Below are positions 1-10,796 of a stretch of 64,000 nucleotides of DNA, one piece after another. The notes under the pieces are model-generated. The model was not told where the DNA came from and ran no database searches. It saw only the letters and a list, made by a program, of their open reading frames with translations. Numbering within the stretch: the stretch's first letter is position 1; the number at the start of each line of letters is the position of its first letter. The DNA is taken from positions 64,001-128,000 of the IMG/VR virus record IMGVR_UViG_3300042502_001732; one strand, given 5' to 3'. Position numbers and translations under genes: made by a program. This DNA is from a virus.

Positions 1-2
1 TT

Positions 3-254
3 TATTCATATGCAGATAGAAGATGGAGCAATGGTAATCTTTATAAAAAATTGAATTTTAAATTAGATAAAGCAACTATTCCTAATTACTGGTATGTGAA
101 AGATTTCAAAAACAGACTACATAGATTAAAATTTCAAAAAAATAATTTAAAACATTTTTTAAATTATGATGAACAAAAAACTGAAGAAATGATAATGAAA
201 GAGTCTAAATTTTATAAAATATGGGATTGTGGATCTTTATTATTCATCTTATAA
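3..254 (+). CDS. C-terminal part of a Hef-like homing-endonuclease-associated protein (5' truncated by window)
   Basis: Frame open from base 3: YADRRWSNGNLYKKLNF...PNYWY...RLHRLKF...YKIWDCG, a C-terminal motif set typical of Hef-like proteins in T4-like phages. Confidence 0.6.
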   Translation, partial: YSYADRRWSNGNLYKKLNFKLDKATIPNYWYVKDFKNRLHRLKFQKNNLKHFLNYDEQKTEEMIMKESKFYKIWDCGSLLFIL

Positions 255-288
255 TATAAAAATTAAAAACAAATAACTAAATAATATT

Positions 289-666
289 ATGGCTAGTTAT
301 ACATTCGACACGCAAATTTTATCAGCATCACAAGTGGGTATTGGAAATCCAATAGCTCCCGCCGATTCCTTTCCATTAACAGCGGTTGGTGTTGGAATCC
401 TTGCTCTTTCTTCTACTCACCAAGGGCTCGCTTTTAACTCTCTTCCATTAAGTGCTCAAGTTGTTAGAACTACTGTCAGAGGCAGCGTTTTCAATATAAA
501 CAGCGCTTATCATAATAAGCCCATGGCTTTGATTGAATTTGATAATACTTATACCGTATTCACTTTCAATTCATCAGCTCCAACATCGCAAGTTCTTTTA
601 CTTTCTGGAACCAGAGATGTATCAACACCAGAGCATAGAAGAAAGTGGGTTTTGGGATATTATTAA
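289..666 (+). CDS. hypothetical late (virion?) protein
   Basis: 125 aa ORF; TAAATA late-type box just upstream of ATG; followed by a terminator. Confidence 0.6.
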   Translation: MASYTFDTQILSASQVGIGNPIAPADSFPLTAVGVGILALSSTHQGLAFNSLPLSAQVVRTTVRGSVFNINSAYHNKPMALIEFDNTYTVFTFNSSAPTSQVLLLSGTRDVSTPEHRRKWVLGYY

Positions 667-693
667 TACAATAAACATTCAAATTTAAATATT

Positions 694-722
694 AAACGCC
701 AGATTAATTTCTGGTGTTTTTT
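694..722 (+). terminator. intrinsic terminator
   Basis: AAACGCCAGA-TTAATT-TCTGGTGTTT hairpin plus T-run. Confidence 0.7.
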
Positions 723-745
723 ATTATATAGTTAAATAATAATAC

Positions 746-1465
746 ATGTTTATCGGAGGTTCAGGAAGCGGTAATGAATTTAGTAAAAACGATCAAGGTT
801 TTTATAGAGGAATTGTTGTTAAAAACAACGATCCCCTTCGTTTAAATAGAATTAAAATTTACATTTCCGAATTATCAAACCAGCCTTTCGAAGAGTGGTT
901 TGATTCATATGATGAAATTGAAGTAAAAACACCTGGTGAAAATAATACAGATGACAAATGGTCAGATGTTAATATTTTTGAAGAAATATCAAAAAACATT
1001 CCATGGGCTGAACCTTGTTATCCAATTATAGGAGAAAGTGGAAACAGTAGATATTATAAAGATGGTAAAATAGTAACCATATCTGATTGTAATTATCTTG
1101 AAGGATTTGAAGTTATAAATGATGAGCCTCCATCTTTAGAAAAAGGATCATTTGCGCCATCATTTATATATGAAAATGGCGGTACATATATTGGAGATGC
1201 TTTTTCTAATCCAACTGCTAATTTTTCAGCACAATGCAATCCTTATAGTTTTTTATATAAACCATCATCACACACAAACAAAGCAAAGGGCGTTTTTGGT
1301 ATTCCAGAAGTAGGTTCTAAAGTTTGGGTATTCCATTGGCAAGGAGATTTCAATTTCCCTGTTTATTTTGGAACTATGAAAGATTATAGAGAACTCACAT
1401 TAATCAATGATACTGATAATACAACAAAAATGAGCCCATCATATCCTGTTGATTTTGAAAATTAA
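746..1465 (+). CDS. baseplate hub gp5-like N-terminal OB-fold protein
   Basis: YRGIVVKNNDPLRLNRIKI...PWAEP...GIPEVGSKVWVF...DFNFPVYFG are gp5/VgrG OB-fold motifs. Confidence 0.8.
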   Translation: MFIGGSGSGNEFSKNDQGFYRGIVVKNNDPLRLNRIKIYISELSNQPFEEWFDSYDEIEVKTPGENNTDDKWSDVNIFEEISKNIPWAEPCYPIIGESGNSRYYKDGKIVTISDCNYLEGFEVINDEPPSLEKGSFAPSFIYENGGTYIGDAFSNPTANFSAQCNPYSFLYKPSSHTNKAKGVFGIPEVGSKVWVFHWQGDFNFPVYFGTMKDYRELTLINDTDNTTKMSPSYPVDFEN

Positions 1466-1481
1466 ACCTTAAATAATTCAA

Positions 1482-3077
1482 GTGTCTTTAAGATATAAAA
1501 ATAGAACAATTATAAATCAAAGGGGGGGTTCGATAGATATTGATAACTCTACCGAAAAAGAAAAAATACAAATCTCTCATAGAAGCGGAAGTAATTTAAA
1601 TTTTACAAATATAGTTACAAGCGAATTAGCTTCTAATAATAAACAATTAATTGTAATAAACGATAATTATAAAACTGTAGGTGGTACAGATTCAGAATAT
1701 GTAGTAAAAGACAAAATAGAAAGAGTTGGAGAAAATTCATATTCATTTAAAGGAACTTATGGAGATTCAGAAATAGACGCATTTAAACAATGGAAAGCTG
1801 CATATAAAACAATAGCAAATGCTAATTCCAGATTTAAAATTAATAGAGGCGGCGCAAGCTTTCCAAACGGTCCAACTACACCAACAAGTGGAACTAGATC
1901 TTCAAATCCAACATTAAATCAAACTATCGTTCCAGTTGAAAATAATTTCGGAGGATACATTAAAACACCTATTAGAAATGCATCAACAGATGAAGTTGTT
2001 GATTATGTTCCTATGCCATATAGGGACACAGAACCAGCAACTCCGAAAGATGTAACCACATCTGATGTCGATTTGGCTGCGGGTGTTAATGGATCTGCTG
2101 CTCCTGGTGTTTTAGAATTTGGATCTTCTAATTCAGCAGCTACCGAAGACGGATCTTGGACACCCAACACGCAGTCTACTAATATTGGAAACTCTATAAA
2201 AAATTTACAAGATAGTGCTTTAAACGCTATAGAAGCACAAATGGGAAATGGTGGTGATGATATTTCATTCGTTAAAAGAAATAAATCAGATACCGTTGGT
2301 GCTATTTTCAATGATTATCCATCTATAAGAATAGATACCAAAGGAAGAAGTCAACCAATAGAAGTTGTAGTATCAGCATCAGGCGCTTTCAAAAATCACG
2401 ATTATGTACCAATTGTTGAAGATATTGATAATTCTTCAACATTTCCGTGTGGAAATGAAAATAAAACAGTGGGAAATAAATATAATTTAAATGTAGGATC
2501 GGGAGGAATTAATTTAAAATCCACGGGCTCTATTGAATTAGGAGGTAGTAATTTAAAAATGGGATTCCAAAAAGTTAATATAAGTGCTCTTCATGGTATA
2601 CACTTACATTCAGAAAGCGTTGTTGAATTAGTATCATTAAAATCTATATCTTTAAGAACAAACAGACAGGTTTATATAGAAAGTTCATTAGGTGTTAAAA
2701 ATAATACAATAATTGGTGGAGGTCTTTATACAGAAGGTGAAGTTTATCTACATCATATAACTGCACCAATCGAAATTCAACAAACTTTAGATACTACATT
2801 GTACGGTAGATTCAATTGCACAGCCCCAAGAACACTTCCAATCGGTGAAGTATTTGATCCAGAATGGGGATGGTTAACTGTTTATGCATTGGCTGATGAT
2901 AATTTGATTATAAATTATCCACACAGTCATCATTTCCCAAATCTTCCTTTGAGATTAACAAGTTCAAATTCAGATGTTCGTAAATTTGCAGCTAATGAGA
3001 GAATAAACACACACGGTGCTTTTTCTACAGCATTAGCTCAAAAACACGAAAGAAGAAGGGCTGAAGTTGCTCCTTAA
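1482..3077 (+). CDS. baseplate central spike, gp5 C-terminal beta-helix-like protein
   Basis: GGSIDIDNSTEKEKIQISHRSGS start, beta-helix-like VG repeats, HSHH tip motif; directly follows the OB-fold gene. Confidence 0.7.
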   Translation: MSLRYKNRTIINQRGGSIDIDNSTEKEKIQISHRSGSNLNFTNIVTSELASNNKQLIVINDNYKTVGGTDSEYVVKDKIERVGENSYSFKGTYGDSEIDAFKQWKAAYKTIANANSRFKINRGGASFPNGPTTPTSGTRSSNPTLNQTIVPVENNFGGYIKTPIRNASTDEVVDYVPMPYRDTEPATPKDVTTSDVDLAAGVNGSAAPGVLEFGSSNSAATEDGSWTPNTQSTNIGNSIKNLQDSALNAIEAQMGNGGDDISFVKRNKSDTVGAIFNDYPSIRIDTKGRSQPIEVVVSASGAFKNHDYVPIVEDIDNSSTFPCGNENKTVGNKYNLNVGSGGINLKSTGSIELGGSNLKMGFQKVNISALHGIHLHSESVVELVSLKSISLRTNRQVYIESSLGVKNNTIIGGGLYTEGEVYLHHITAPIEIQQTLDTTLYGRFNCTAPRTLPIGEVFDPEWGWLTVYALADDNLIINYPHSHHFPNLPLRLTSSNSDVRKFAANERINTHGAFSTALAQKHERRRAEVAP

Positions 3078-3722
3078 TCAAACAATCTCATCGATTATTC
3101 CAAATTCTAAACATTCATCAGCGGTTAGCCAAATATCTTTCTTCAAAAGATCATCCAATTTTTTCATTGGAATTTTAGTAGTTTCTTTATAAAAAGACTT
3201 GATAAGTTTCATTAATGTTGTGGAGTTATAAAATTCATCCTCCATTTCACTAAATTTTCCATACATTCCACCACTTAATTGATGAATTAAAAGATGTGCA
3301 TGTTTTCCCATAAATCTTTTATTACCAATTGCTGAAATTAAAGTACCAGCACTTGCTACTGAACCATCAACATGCGTATATACTTTAGATTTCATTTTTC
3401 TAATTATATCAACAGTTGAAAATGCTGGGAAGATTTCTCCACCGTATGTGCATAAATGCAAGTGGCAAACTGGATCAAAACAATCACCCAATGCATTTTT
3501 GGTATTTTGTAATTTAACATCTATTTCCAGCAAAAGCTTATTCAATTCCAAAATTGAATTGGCATCTATATCAGAATAGAATAATATTTTATTTTCTAAA
3601 ACTTTAATATTAGACTGAACTGACCATCCTTCATTTGCAGATGGTGTTTGAAGGTTTAAAAATATTGGTTGATTTTGAGGAGCTTCCTCCTCTTTGTTTG
3701 CTTTATATACCCAGTTTTTCAT
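3078..3722 (-). CDS. clpP: ClpP-like ATP-dependent protease proteolytic subunit
   Basis: TYGG, VASAGTLI (catalytic Ser), IHQLSG (His), KDIWLTADECLEFGIIDEI. Confidence 0.85.
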   Translation of the reverse strand: MKNWVYKANKEEEAPQNQPIFLNLQTPSANEGWSVQSNIKVLENKILFYSDIDANSILELNKLLLEIDVKLQNTKNALGDCFDPVCHLHLCTYGGEIFPAFSTVDIIRKMKSKVYTHVDGSVASAGTLISAIGNKRFMGKHAHLLIHQLSGGMYGKFSEMEDEFYNSTTLMKLIKSFYKETTKIPMKKLDDLLKKDIWLTADECLEFGIIDEIV

Positions 3723-3738
3723 ATGTTTAATTTGTTTA

Positions 3739-5388
3739 TTATGATTCACAAGTGGAACAAGTTAAAATTGATCTTGCTAATTCTTGAGACGGATTTGAAC
3801 TTCTTTGATAATATAATCCTTTTATACCTTGCTCCCATGCAAAAATCATAAGCTCGTTGACTTCTTTGGGTTTTGCGTTAGGAGGTATCATCAAGTTAAG
3901 AGATTGACCTTGATCAATAAATTTTTGTCTTTGTGCAGCTTGTATGATAATTTCCTTTTGAGAAATTTCACCAAACGTTTTAAAAACATCTTTTTCTTCT
4001 TGAGAAAGAAAATCTAAATGTTGAACTGATCCACCTTTGATAAGAATAGATTTCCAAGTTTCTTGATCGTTCTTTTCTTTACTCTTTAAAAGATTTTCCA
4101 AATGTGGATTTTTAAAAGTAAATTTACCTTTAGCAAGATCTTTAACAAAATAATTACTATTCAATGGTTCTATTGATGGAGAAGATTGACCTAAAATAAA
4201 CGAACTGCTTGTAGTTGGTGCAACTGCTAGTGTTGTTGTATTTCTTCTATTGTATCCTTCTAAAATAGGAGCCTCGCCAAAAATTCCAGCAAGCTCTTCA
4301 GAAGCTTTATCAGAATGCTTACGAATATGTTTCCAAATTTCCATATTCAATATTTTTGCATCCATTGATTCAAATGCCATCATTTTGGATTGTAATAAAG
4401 AATGCCATCCAAGAACTCCAACACCAAGCGCTCTTTGATTAATTGCGAATCGTCTAGGAGCTTCCATGAATTTAATACCATCTGTTTTTTCAATAAATTC
4501 TGTCATTACAGCATCCAAGAAATAAACCAAAACTTCAACAGCATCAGTATCTTTCCATTCTTCCCATCTTTCAAGATTTAGTGAAGATAAATCACAAACG
4601 AAAGATTCATCTTCAGAGTTAGAAAGCATTATTTCATTACAAAGATTAGAATTATTAATTTTTAATCCTTTATCTTTATAAACTTGTGGAGCTTGGTTAT
4701 TAGCATTATCAGAAAAGAAAATATAAGGATATCCAGATTCAAATCTCTTTTTAATTACCTGTCCCCATATTTTACGAGCCTGTTTATCTCCATCGATCAT
4801 TTTTTTCATCCATTCATCTGAAACACAAACGCCGACAGACATTTCTTGAATTTCATGACCTTCTCCTCTAATCTTTAAAAATTCTTCAATATCTGGATGA
4901 TCAACAGGAAGATAAGCAGCAAATGAACCACGTCGAACATTACCCTGCGACACAACGTTCATAAGCTTATCATAAAGCTCCATAAAATGAATAGAACCAG
5001 TAGAACTACCACCTGATGATATCGCGGCTCCACGACCTCTCAAGGCTCCAAAATAAGCACTTGTCCCGCCACCACCTTTGGTCATTTGACCGACTTCGGC
5101 AACTTTTTCTAAAATAGAAACCATGGTGTCTCCTATATAACTTCCAAAACATGAAATAGGCAATCCTCGTTCGCGTCCAAAATTACTCCAAATTGGACTT
5201 GATAAAGAATAATATCCTTTAGACATATAATCATAGAATTTATCTGAAAATCCTTCTATACCTAATAGGCTTTGCGCTCTATCAGCTATATCTTGAATTC
5301 TTTGTTCTGGTGTTTCGCCTTCTATTAAATATCCTCTTTCGAGAAATTTCCTTGAGTCTTTATTGAGCCAATATATATTCTGTGTCAT
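3739..5388 (-). CDS. nrdA: ribonucleotide reductase class Ia alpha subunit (short form, no ATP cone)
   Basis: PISCF, SNLCNEI, APTTSSS, C-terminal LYY and CSTCES. Confidence 0.95.
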   Translation of the reverse strand: MTQNIYWLNKDSRKFLERGYLIEGETPEQRIQDIADRAQSLLGIEGFSDKFYDYMSKGYYSLSSPIWSNFGRERGLPISCFGSYIGDTMVSILEKVAEVGQMTKGGGGTSAYFGALRGRGAAISSGGSSTGSIHFMELYDKLMNVVSQGNVRRGSFAAYLPVDHPDIEEFLKIRGEGHEIQEMSVGVCVSDEWMKKMIDGDKQARKIWGQVIKKRFESGYPYIFFSDNANNQAPQVYKDKGLKINNSNLCNEIMLSNSEDESFVCDLSSLNLERWEEWKDTDAVEVLVYFLDAVMTEFIEKTDGIKFMEAPRRFAINQRALGVGVLGWHSLLQSKMMAFESMDAKILNMEIWKHIRKHSDKASEELAGIFGEAPILEGYNRRNTTTLAVAPTTSSSFILGQSSPSIEPLNSNYFVKDLAKGKFTFKNPHLENLLKSKEKNDQETWKSILIKGGSVQHLDFLSQEEKDVFKTFGEISQKEIIIQAAQRQKFIDQGQSLNLMIPPNAKPKEVNELMIFAWEQGIKGLYYQRSSNPSQELARSILTCSTCES

Positions 5389-5391
5389 AAA

Positions 5392-6411
5392 TTAAAATAA
5401 GTCGTCTTCTGAAAATGATTGATTTTTCTTTGAATATTCTGTTGGTCTAGAATGGAAAAAATCAGTCATGTTATTGCCAAGTAATTCTTCATCAAACCAA
5501 GTGGTAGAAGATACTAATTCTTCATCGATTTCAAACACTTTTGAAAATCCTATTTGACTTAATGATTCGTTGATTCGGTTTTTGATGAATTCTTTAAGAA
5601 TATTAGCAGACAATCCTGGTTCGTCAATACCATTAACCATCCAATCTACAATTTTAGCTTCGGATTTGAATGCTTCTTGAGCTTCCATTAAAATTCTTTC
5701 TTCTAATTCTTGATCAAACAATTCAGGCAATTCCTCACGAATAGTGTTAATAATTTGTATACCAACCAAAGCATGAATATTTTCTTCATTACGAGTATAC
5801 TTAACTTGTTGATCTGTATCTTTCAACACGTTTTTAAATCTTGCAAACCAATTGATAACATAGAATTGTGAAAATAAAGAAACATTTTCAACGAACAGTG
5901 TGAATAAAATCAATGCGTATAAATATTGTTTCTTTGAATCTTTATAAAATTTATGAGTATATTTTTTTAAATATTTCACTCTGCCTTGAATCCACTCAAG
6001 TTTAAGATTTTCTTCAAAAATATCCTCTAATTCTAAAACGCTCAACAAACGCTCATATGCACTGTTGTGAATAACTTCCACATTAGCCATAACATATCCA
6101 AGATCTTGAAGAGATGGATGTGGGAGATTATCTCCCAATTTGGCCCAAAATGTTTTAACAGCAACTTCGATTTGTCCAATTGCAGAAAGAGTTCTTATGA
6201 TGATTTCTCTTTCTTGCTCTGTCAATTCTACTTTAAACTGTTGTACATCAGATTTAAAATTAAACTCTTTATCAGTCCAAAAGCCATTTTGCATTGCTTC
6301 AATAAATTGTTCTGTCCACGGATATCTGTTTGGTTTTCTGCTTATTTGCTCTTGGAATATGTTCATTTTTGTTTCCTCTAAATTCGTTTTCAATAATGTA
6401 TCGTCATTCAT
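5392..6411 (-). CDS. nrdB: ribonucleotide reductase class I beta subunit (start uncertain: 6366, 6411 or 6468)
   Basis: EVIHNSAY, ENVSLFSQF, NEENIH di-iron ligands; DFFHSRPTEY C-terminus. Confidence 0.95.
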   Translation of the reverse strand: MNDDTLLKTNLEETKMNIFQEQISRKPNRYPWTEQFIEAMQNGFWTDKEFNFKSDVQQFKVELTEQEREIIIRTLSAIGQIEVAVKTFWAKLGDNLPHPSLQDLGYVMANVEVIHNSAYERLLSVLELEDIFEENLKLEWIQGRVKYLKKYTHKFYKDSKKQYLYALILFTLFVENVSLFSQFYVINWFARFKNVLKDTDQQVKYTRNEENIHALVGIQIINTIREELPELFDQELEERILMEAQEAFKSEAKIVDWMVNGIDEPGLSANILKEFIKNRINESLSQIGFSKVFEIDEELVSSTTWFDEELLGNNMTDFFHSRPTEYSKKNQSFSEDDLF

Positions 6412-6510
6412 AAAATTGTCAATTAAGCTTTTTGTTTGATTATTTAGTTGGCTATTTTTGTCTTTCAAAAAACATTTTTTATCATTCCGTTTAATTAAAT
6501 AAAGATAATC

Positions 6511-6843
6511 ATGAGTGATAAATGGATTGAAGAATTAAGCTTACTTTATGAATCAGATCCCAGACAAATAACACCACATAGAGCATCTGGAATGGGTCCA
6601 GAAGCATACGATCCTAGAAACTCATGGAGTGGTAAAGTTGGAATTTCTGATGGCACAGCAAGCACTAGAGCGGCTGCTACGCCATATCAACAATCTTTTA
6701 TTGGAGAGATGGAAGAAGATGAAAATAAAATAATGTCTGCTATACAAAAAATAGAAGACCAATTTAATTCTAATTCTGATAAAGACAAAAGCGTTAGATA
6801 TGCATTGGGTCTTCTTAAAAAAGAATTAAAGCGCAAGCTTTAA
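6511..6843 (+). CDS. hypothetical protein, probable internal head protein
   Basis: TAAATA box upstream; N-terminus MSDKWIEELSLLYES matches the shared LxxLYE leader. Confidence 0.55.
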   Translation: MSDKWIEELSLLYESDPRQITPHRASGMGPEAYDPRNSWSGKVGISDGTASTRAAATPYQQSFIGEMEEDENKIMSAIQKIEDQFNSNSDKDKSVRYALGLLKKELKRKL

Positions 6844-6848
6844 TAAAT

Positions 6849-8612
6849 TTATCTACTTACTTCTTCCCAATCCATAGAAGCAAACATACCAGAACCATTA
6901 GTGGTATCTGATGCAGCAACCAAAGTTAATTCAAAAGGAGTTTTTGTTAAATTGTTTCGTTCTAATTGAAACTTAAACAAAGCTTCTTTAAGAATATCCA
7001 AATTCGGAGAACCTTGATTAGAAGAATTTAAGAAGCCACTTGCTAAAATTCTTCCCCCCGCATAGCTTGTTCCTGTAATGTTGTATTGAACGGCACTATC
7101 AACTCCAGCATCAACCCAACTTCCCCCTGTTGTGACTCCGCTTGCTCTTACCTGCCAGTTATAGTTTATGCCATTTCCATCCCCAAGAATTGATAAAGCC
7201 GTTAAAATAATAATTGCATCAAGTCTGTCTGGAGTTGTTTTTAATCGAATTGAAATAATTGGATAAAACGTACCAGCTACTGCAAACGTTCTTGGTGCAG
7301 TTATTGGGATAGATGCTGCTTGTTGTAATCCTCTTAATTCATAGCCACCTTCGGATATAACCGTACTACATACTTGCTTCAATTTACTAGGACCTGATGT
7401 AGCTGCTTTATTTTCTATTTCGTATCTTAAAGGTAATGACGCGGTGGTAATATATGTAGAGTCAATTAAGTTAGCGTGATGAAAGTAATGACATGGTACA
7501 AACTGACCATTAATAACAAACCCAGTTCTGACAGTACCTAACCCCAGCCATTCTATATCCATGAATAGGATTTGTGCTTTTGTAATATCAAGCGTGATTC
7601 CTGATGGTCCTGAACCATCAAGCTTATCAACATTCCATCCTGATTGTGGTGTTCTTGTTGAAGTAACAGTACCAGTTACAAGGCTGCGTTCAACCATATA
7701 CAATGAACTATCATCTAGTTCTAAATATATACCGTTTTCAGCTCCATAATAACCAACACGCTGTCTTAGGTTGGTAGTAGAAGGACTAAAAGTAAAGGTA
7801 CTCATTATCTGTAACGATTTACCTGGTTGATAAGCAAACACTTTTGTTGTCTCTCTATATACTTTAGAGCCACTTAATGCATCTACCTTTAACTCTACCA
7901 GTCCTTGATTTTGATTAAACTGAGCAGATGCAGAGGTTGTAGTTGTACCACCTGTGAGAGTAGACCAAAGATTGTTATCGGCATATCTATGGGATGAATC
8001 AAATAAAGTTAATGGAGAAGATATTCTTGTACGACCAAACGCATCAGACGCTAAGTTGTAATTTCCAGAATAGTTAATTAAAGGCGTAACGCTTATAGCA
8101 GTAACTGGATTTGTAATTGTAACTGCTGTAACTGGATTAACTAAAGAAAAAGAACTAACTGGATTGTTAATTGTAACTGCTGTAACTGGATTAACTAGAG
8201 AGAACGAACTAACTGTATTAAGAACCGTAACAGCAGTTATAGGATTACTAACAGTAATAGTACCGCTTATAGGAGTAATGCCTGTTGTTATAACTCGCAC
8301 TGCACCTACTTCAGATCCATCTACAGTAGCTGTACGGACTATTTGCGCATATACATCTGTTCCTGTGGTATGATCAACGATACCAACATTGCCAATATCA
8401 ACATTACTAGCTGATAAAATTAAATTGATATCTGACGCATTAACCAGGTGGGTTAATACTGCGTATTTAGGATATATTGTATTGTTATAACCATCACCGT
8501 AAGTGCCATTTGCAGAAGTTATTGCGGGAAATCTAGAATCACCTACAATTTCTACATATTTACCATAGTCTGCAGTTGCCTTATTGATTACAACATTGCT
8601 ATTAATAGCCAT
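6849..8612 (-). CDS. virion structural / tail-fibre-like protein
   Basis: Thr/Ser/Gly-rich; NPVTAVT/SSFSLV repeats; DAFGRTRIS...YQPGKS...EWLGLG beta-sandwich C-terminus; ATAAATA upstream of ATG at 8612. Confidence 0.65.
   Translation of the reverse strand: MAINSNVVINKATADYGKYVEIVGDSRFPAITSANGTYGDGYNNTIYPKYAVLTHLVNASDINLILSASNVDIGNVGIVDHTTGTDVYAQIVRTATVDGSEVGAVRVITTGITPISGTITVSNPITAVTVLNTVSSFSLVNPVTAVTINNPVSSFSLVNPVTAVTITNPVTAISVTPLINYSGNYNLASDAFGRTRISSPLTLFDSSHRYADNNLWSTLTGGTTTTSASAQFNQNQGLVELKVDALSGSKVYRETTKVFAYQPGKSLQIMSTFTFSPSTTNLRQRVGYYGAENGIYLELDDSSLYMVERSLVTGTVTSTRTPQSGWNVDKLDGSGPSGITLDITKAQILFMDIEWLGLGTVRTGFVINGQFVPCHYFHHANLIDSTYITTASLPLRYEIENKAATSGPSKLKQVCSTVISEGGYELRGLQQAASIPITAPRTFAVAGTFYPIISIRLKTTPDRLDAIIILTALSILGDGNGINYNWQVRASGVTTGGSWVDAGVDSAVQYNITGTSYAGGRILASGFLNSSNQGSPNLDILKEALFKFQLERNNLTKTPFELTLVAASDTTNGSGMFASMDWEEVSR
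8090..8250 (-). repeat. intragenic tandem repeat encoding (NPVTAVT / VSSFSLV)n stalk
   Basis: Repeated GTAACTGCTGTAACTGGATT units. Confidence 0.7.
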
Positions 8613-8748
8613 ATTTATATTTATCAAAAAGTCGTACATCTTACATAATATTGACAAAAATAACAACGGTGTTTAAATATGTGCGACTTTCTGAAAAGAA
8701 ATCACAAGAAAAAGAGGAGCCTTGCTCCCCTCAACATTATAAAAAATT

Positions 8749-9162
8749 ATGAAAAACTTATTATTAATACTATCGTGTAGTATTTTGTTAATAAACAATT
8801 CTGCAAATGCATACACTGAAATTAAAAAATCAAATAATGAAAATTATTTCATGGCTAGAATAACCTTTTACACAGACTGTCCAAGATATGGTAAAAAAAC
8901 AGCCAGTGGAAAAATTGCGAAAGAAGGATATACTGTAGCAGCAGAGAAAAAAATACCATTCGGAACGCTTTATAATATTCCAAGTTTGAAAAATATAATA
9001 AAAACTGATGGGATATTTCAAGTTCAAGATCGAGGATCAGCAGTAGATAAAAGAACCGCTAGTAAAAATAAATATCCAGTTATTGATGTATACGTTTCTT
9101 CACATGAAAAAATAAATATTTTGAAAAAAATAAAAAATAACATAGTTAAAGTTTATTATTAA
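8749..9162 (+). CDS. secreted 3D-domain (MltA-like) lytic transglycosylase
   Basis: Signal peptide; TASG, IPFGT, VQDRGSAV, IDVY motifs. Confidence 0.8.
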   Translation: MKNLLLILSCSILLINNSANAYTEIKKSNNENYFMARITFYTDCPRYGKKTASGKIAKEGYTVAAEKKIPFGTLYNIPSLKNIIKTDGIFQVQDRGSAVDKRTASKNKYPVIDVYVSSHEKINILKKIKNNIVKVYY

Positions 9163-9698
9163 TGAAAATTTTAAATAAAACAAAAACCTACCTTATAGGT
9201 CCAATGCAATATGGTGATGGTAGATCATGGAGAGAAGAGATATCTGAATTTTTAAAAACTATCGGAGTTATTGTGTTTGATCCATATAAAAAACCATTTA
9301 TAAATGCACCATCTGAAGATGAAGATACCCATGCAAAAATGTACAAACTTATGAATATAGGCGAATATGATGAAGTTGCTGAACATTTTAAAGCTGTTCG
9401 TTCTTTTGATTTGTCTATGGTAGATAGAGCTGATTTTATCATATGTTATTTAAATCCTAAAGTTCCGACTTATGGAACTGTAGAAGAATTGGTAACAGCA
9501 GTTAGAATGAAACGTCCAGTTTTTGTTGTGATAGAAGGTGGTAAAAAAAATACACCACTGTGGGTTATGGGAATGCTGCCACACAAATATATATACGATT
9601 CATTTGATGAAATAAAACAAGTATTGACAAATATAAATGACGGACTAAAGTCAATAGACAGTGATCGTTGGAGATTATTTGAACAAGAATTAAGATGA
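9162..9698 (+). CDS. nucleoside 2-deoxyribosyltransferase-like protein
   Basis: YLIGPM...WR...FDP...DLSMVDRAD...GTVEEL. Confidence 0.8.
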   Translation: MKILNKTKTYLIGPMQYGDGRSWREEISEFLKTIGVIVFDPYKKPFINAPSEDEDTHAKMYKLMNIGEYDEVAEHFKAVRSFDLSMVDRADFIICYLNPKVPTYGTVEELVTAVRMKRPVFVVIEGGKKNTPLWVMGMLPHKYIYDSFDEIKQVLTNINDGLKSIDSDRWRLFEQELR

Positions 9699-9919
9699 AA
9701 GTGGAAGGTTTAATATCATTAAAACTTACAGACGCTTCTAAGCTAGAAGTGTTTTATCAATTTTTATTTGATAAATTCAATTTTAATAAAAATTATATAA
9801 TTAAGCAAAATAAAATATATCAAATTGAAGAACACAGAGATGAATATTATGATATCTATATTAGAGACGCTGACGAATTAGATTATCACATATATGAAAT
9901 AATAAAAAAAATAAAATGA
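9695..9919 (+). CDS. hypothetical protein
   Basis: ATGA-coupled to the previous gene. Confidence 0.5.
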   Translation: MKVEGLISLKLTDASKLEVFYQFLFDKFNFNKNYIIKQNKIYQIEEHRDEYYDIYIRDADELDYHIYEIIKKIK

Positions 9920-9948
9920 CATTTATTTAAAAAAAATAAATATACTCA

Positions 9949-10788
9949 ATGTCAATAGATGTCGGTTTCACTTTTACGTGTAGGTTAAATGGAAGATTAG
10001 GAAATCAAATGTTTATGATAGCGCATGCATATTCACAGGCGCTAGACCATAATTCCAAATTTATTTCTGCAAAATATGATGTCCCAGCATCTGATTATTT
10101 TGATAATATTTATAGAAATATAGATTTTTCTATAAATTATATTGATGATTTAAAAGAAGATGAGTCCTATGTTAATATAGGAACTACCTTTCATTATACC
10201 CCAATCAAAGTCCCTAAAAATAAAAATATAATTTTTCATGGATATTGTCAAAGTGAAAAATTCTTTATATCTAATAGTTTAAAAATAAAAGAATTATTTT
10301 CAGCAAATGAAGAATTTATAACAGAATATTTTAATAAATATCCATTTTTAAAAGATAACAACACTATTGTTATAAATGTGAGACGAGGAGATTACTTACA
10401 TTATCCAAATCACCATCCAGTTATTTCAAAAGAATATATATACAAATCGTTAGAATATATACCAGATTATAAAAAAAATCCAATTATTATTATAAGTGAT
10501 GATATTGAATGGTGTCAAGAAAACATCAATATTGATAATGCGATATTTATTACTGATATATTACCATGGCAAGCATTGTGGTTAATATCTCTTTGTAAAT
10601 ATTTTATAATTTCAAATAGTAGTTTTTCTTGGTGGGGTGCATTTTTGGGTGAAAAAGAAAACAGTATCGTGGTGTGTCCAGATATTTGGTTCGGTCCAGA
10701 AATAACAGTCAACACTTCTGACATATATAGAAACAATTGGATAAAAATTCCAACTTATCACCAAAATGGTGTATTATATCCGAAATAA
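9949..10788 (+). CDS. alpha-1,2-fucosyltransferase (GT11)
   Basis: GRLGNQMF, GYCQSEKFF, VRRGDY, SDDIEWC, NSSFSWWGAFL. Confidence 0.9.
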   Translation: MSIDVGFTFTCRLNGRLGNQMFMIAHAYSQALDHNSKFISAKYDVPASDYFDNIYRNIDFSINYIDDLKEDESYVNIGTTFHYTPIKVPKNKNIIFHGYCQSEKFFISNSLKIKELFSANEEFITEYFNKYPFLKDNNTIVINVRRGDYLHYPNHHPVISKEYIYKSLEYIPDYKKNPIIIISDDIEWCQENINIDNAIFITDILPWQALWLISLCKYFIISNSSFSWWGAFLGEKENSIVVCPDIWFGPEITVNTSDIYRNNWIKIPTYHQNGVLYPK

Positions 10789-10796
10789 AAAATAAA

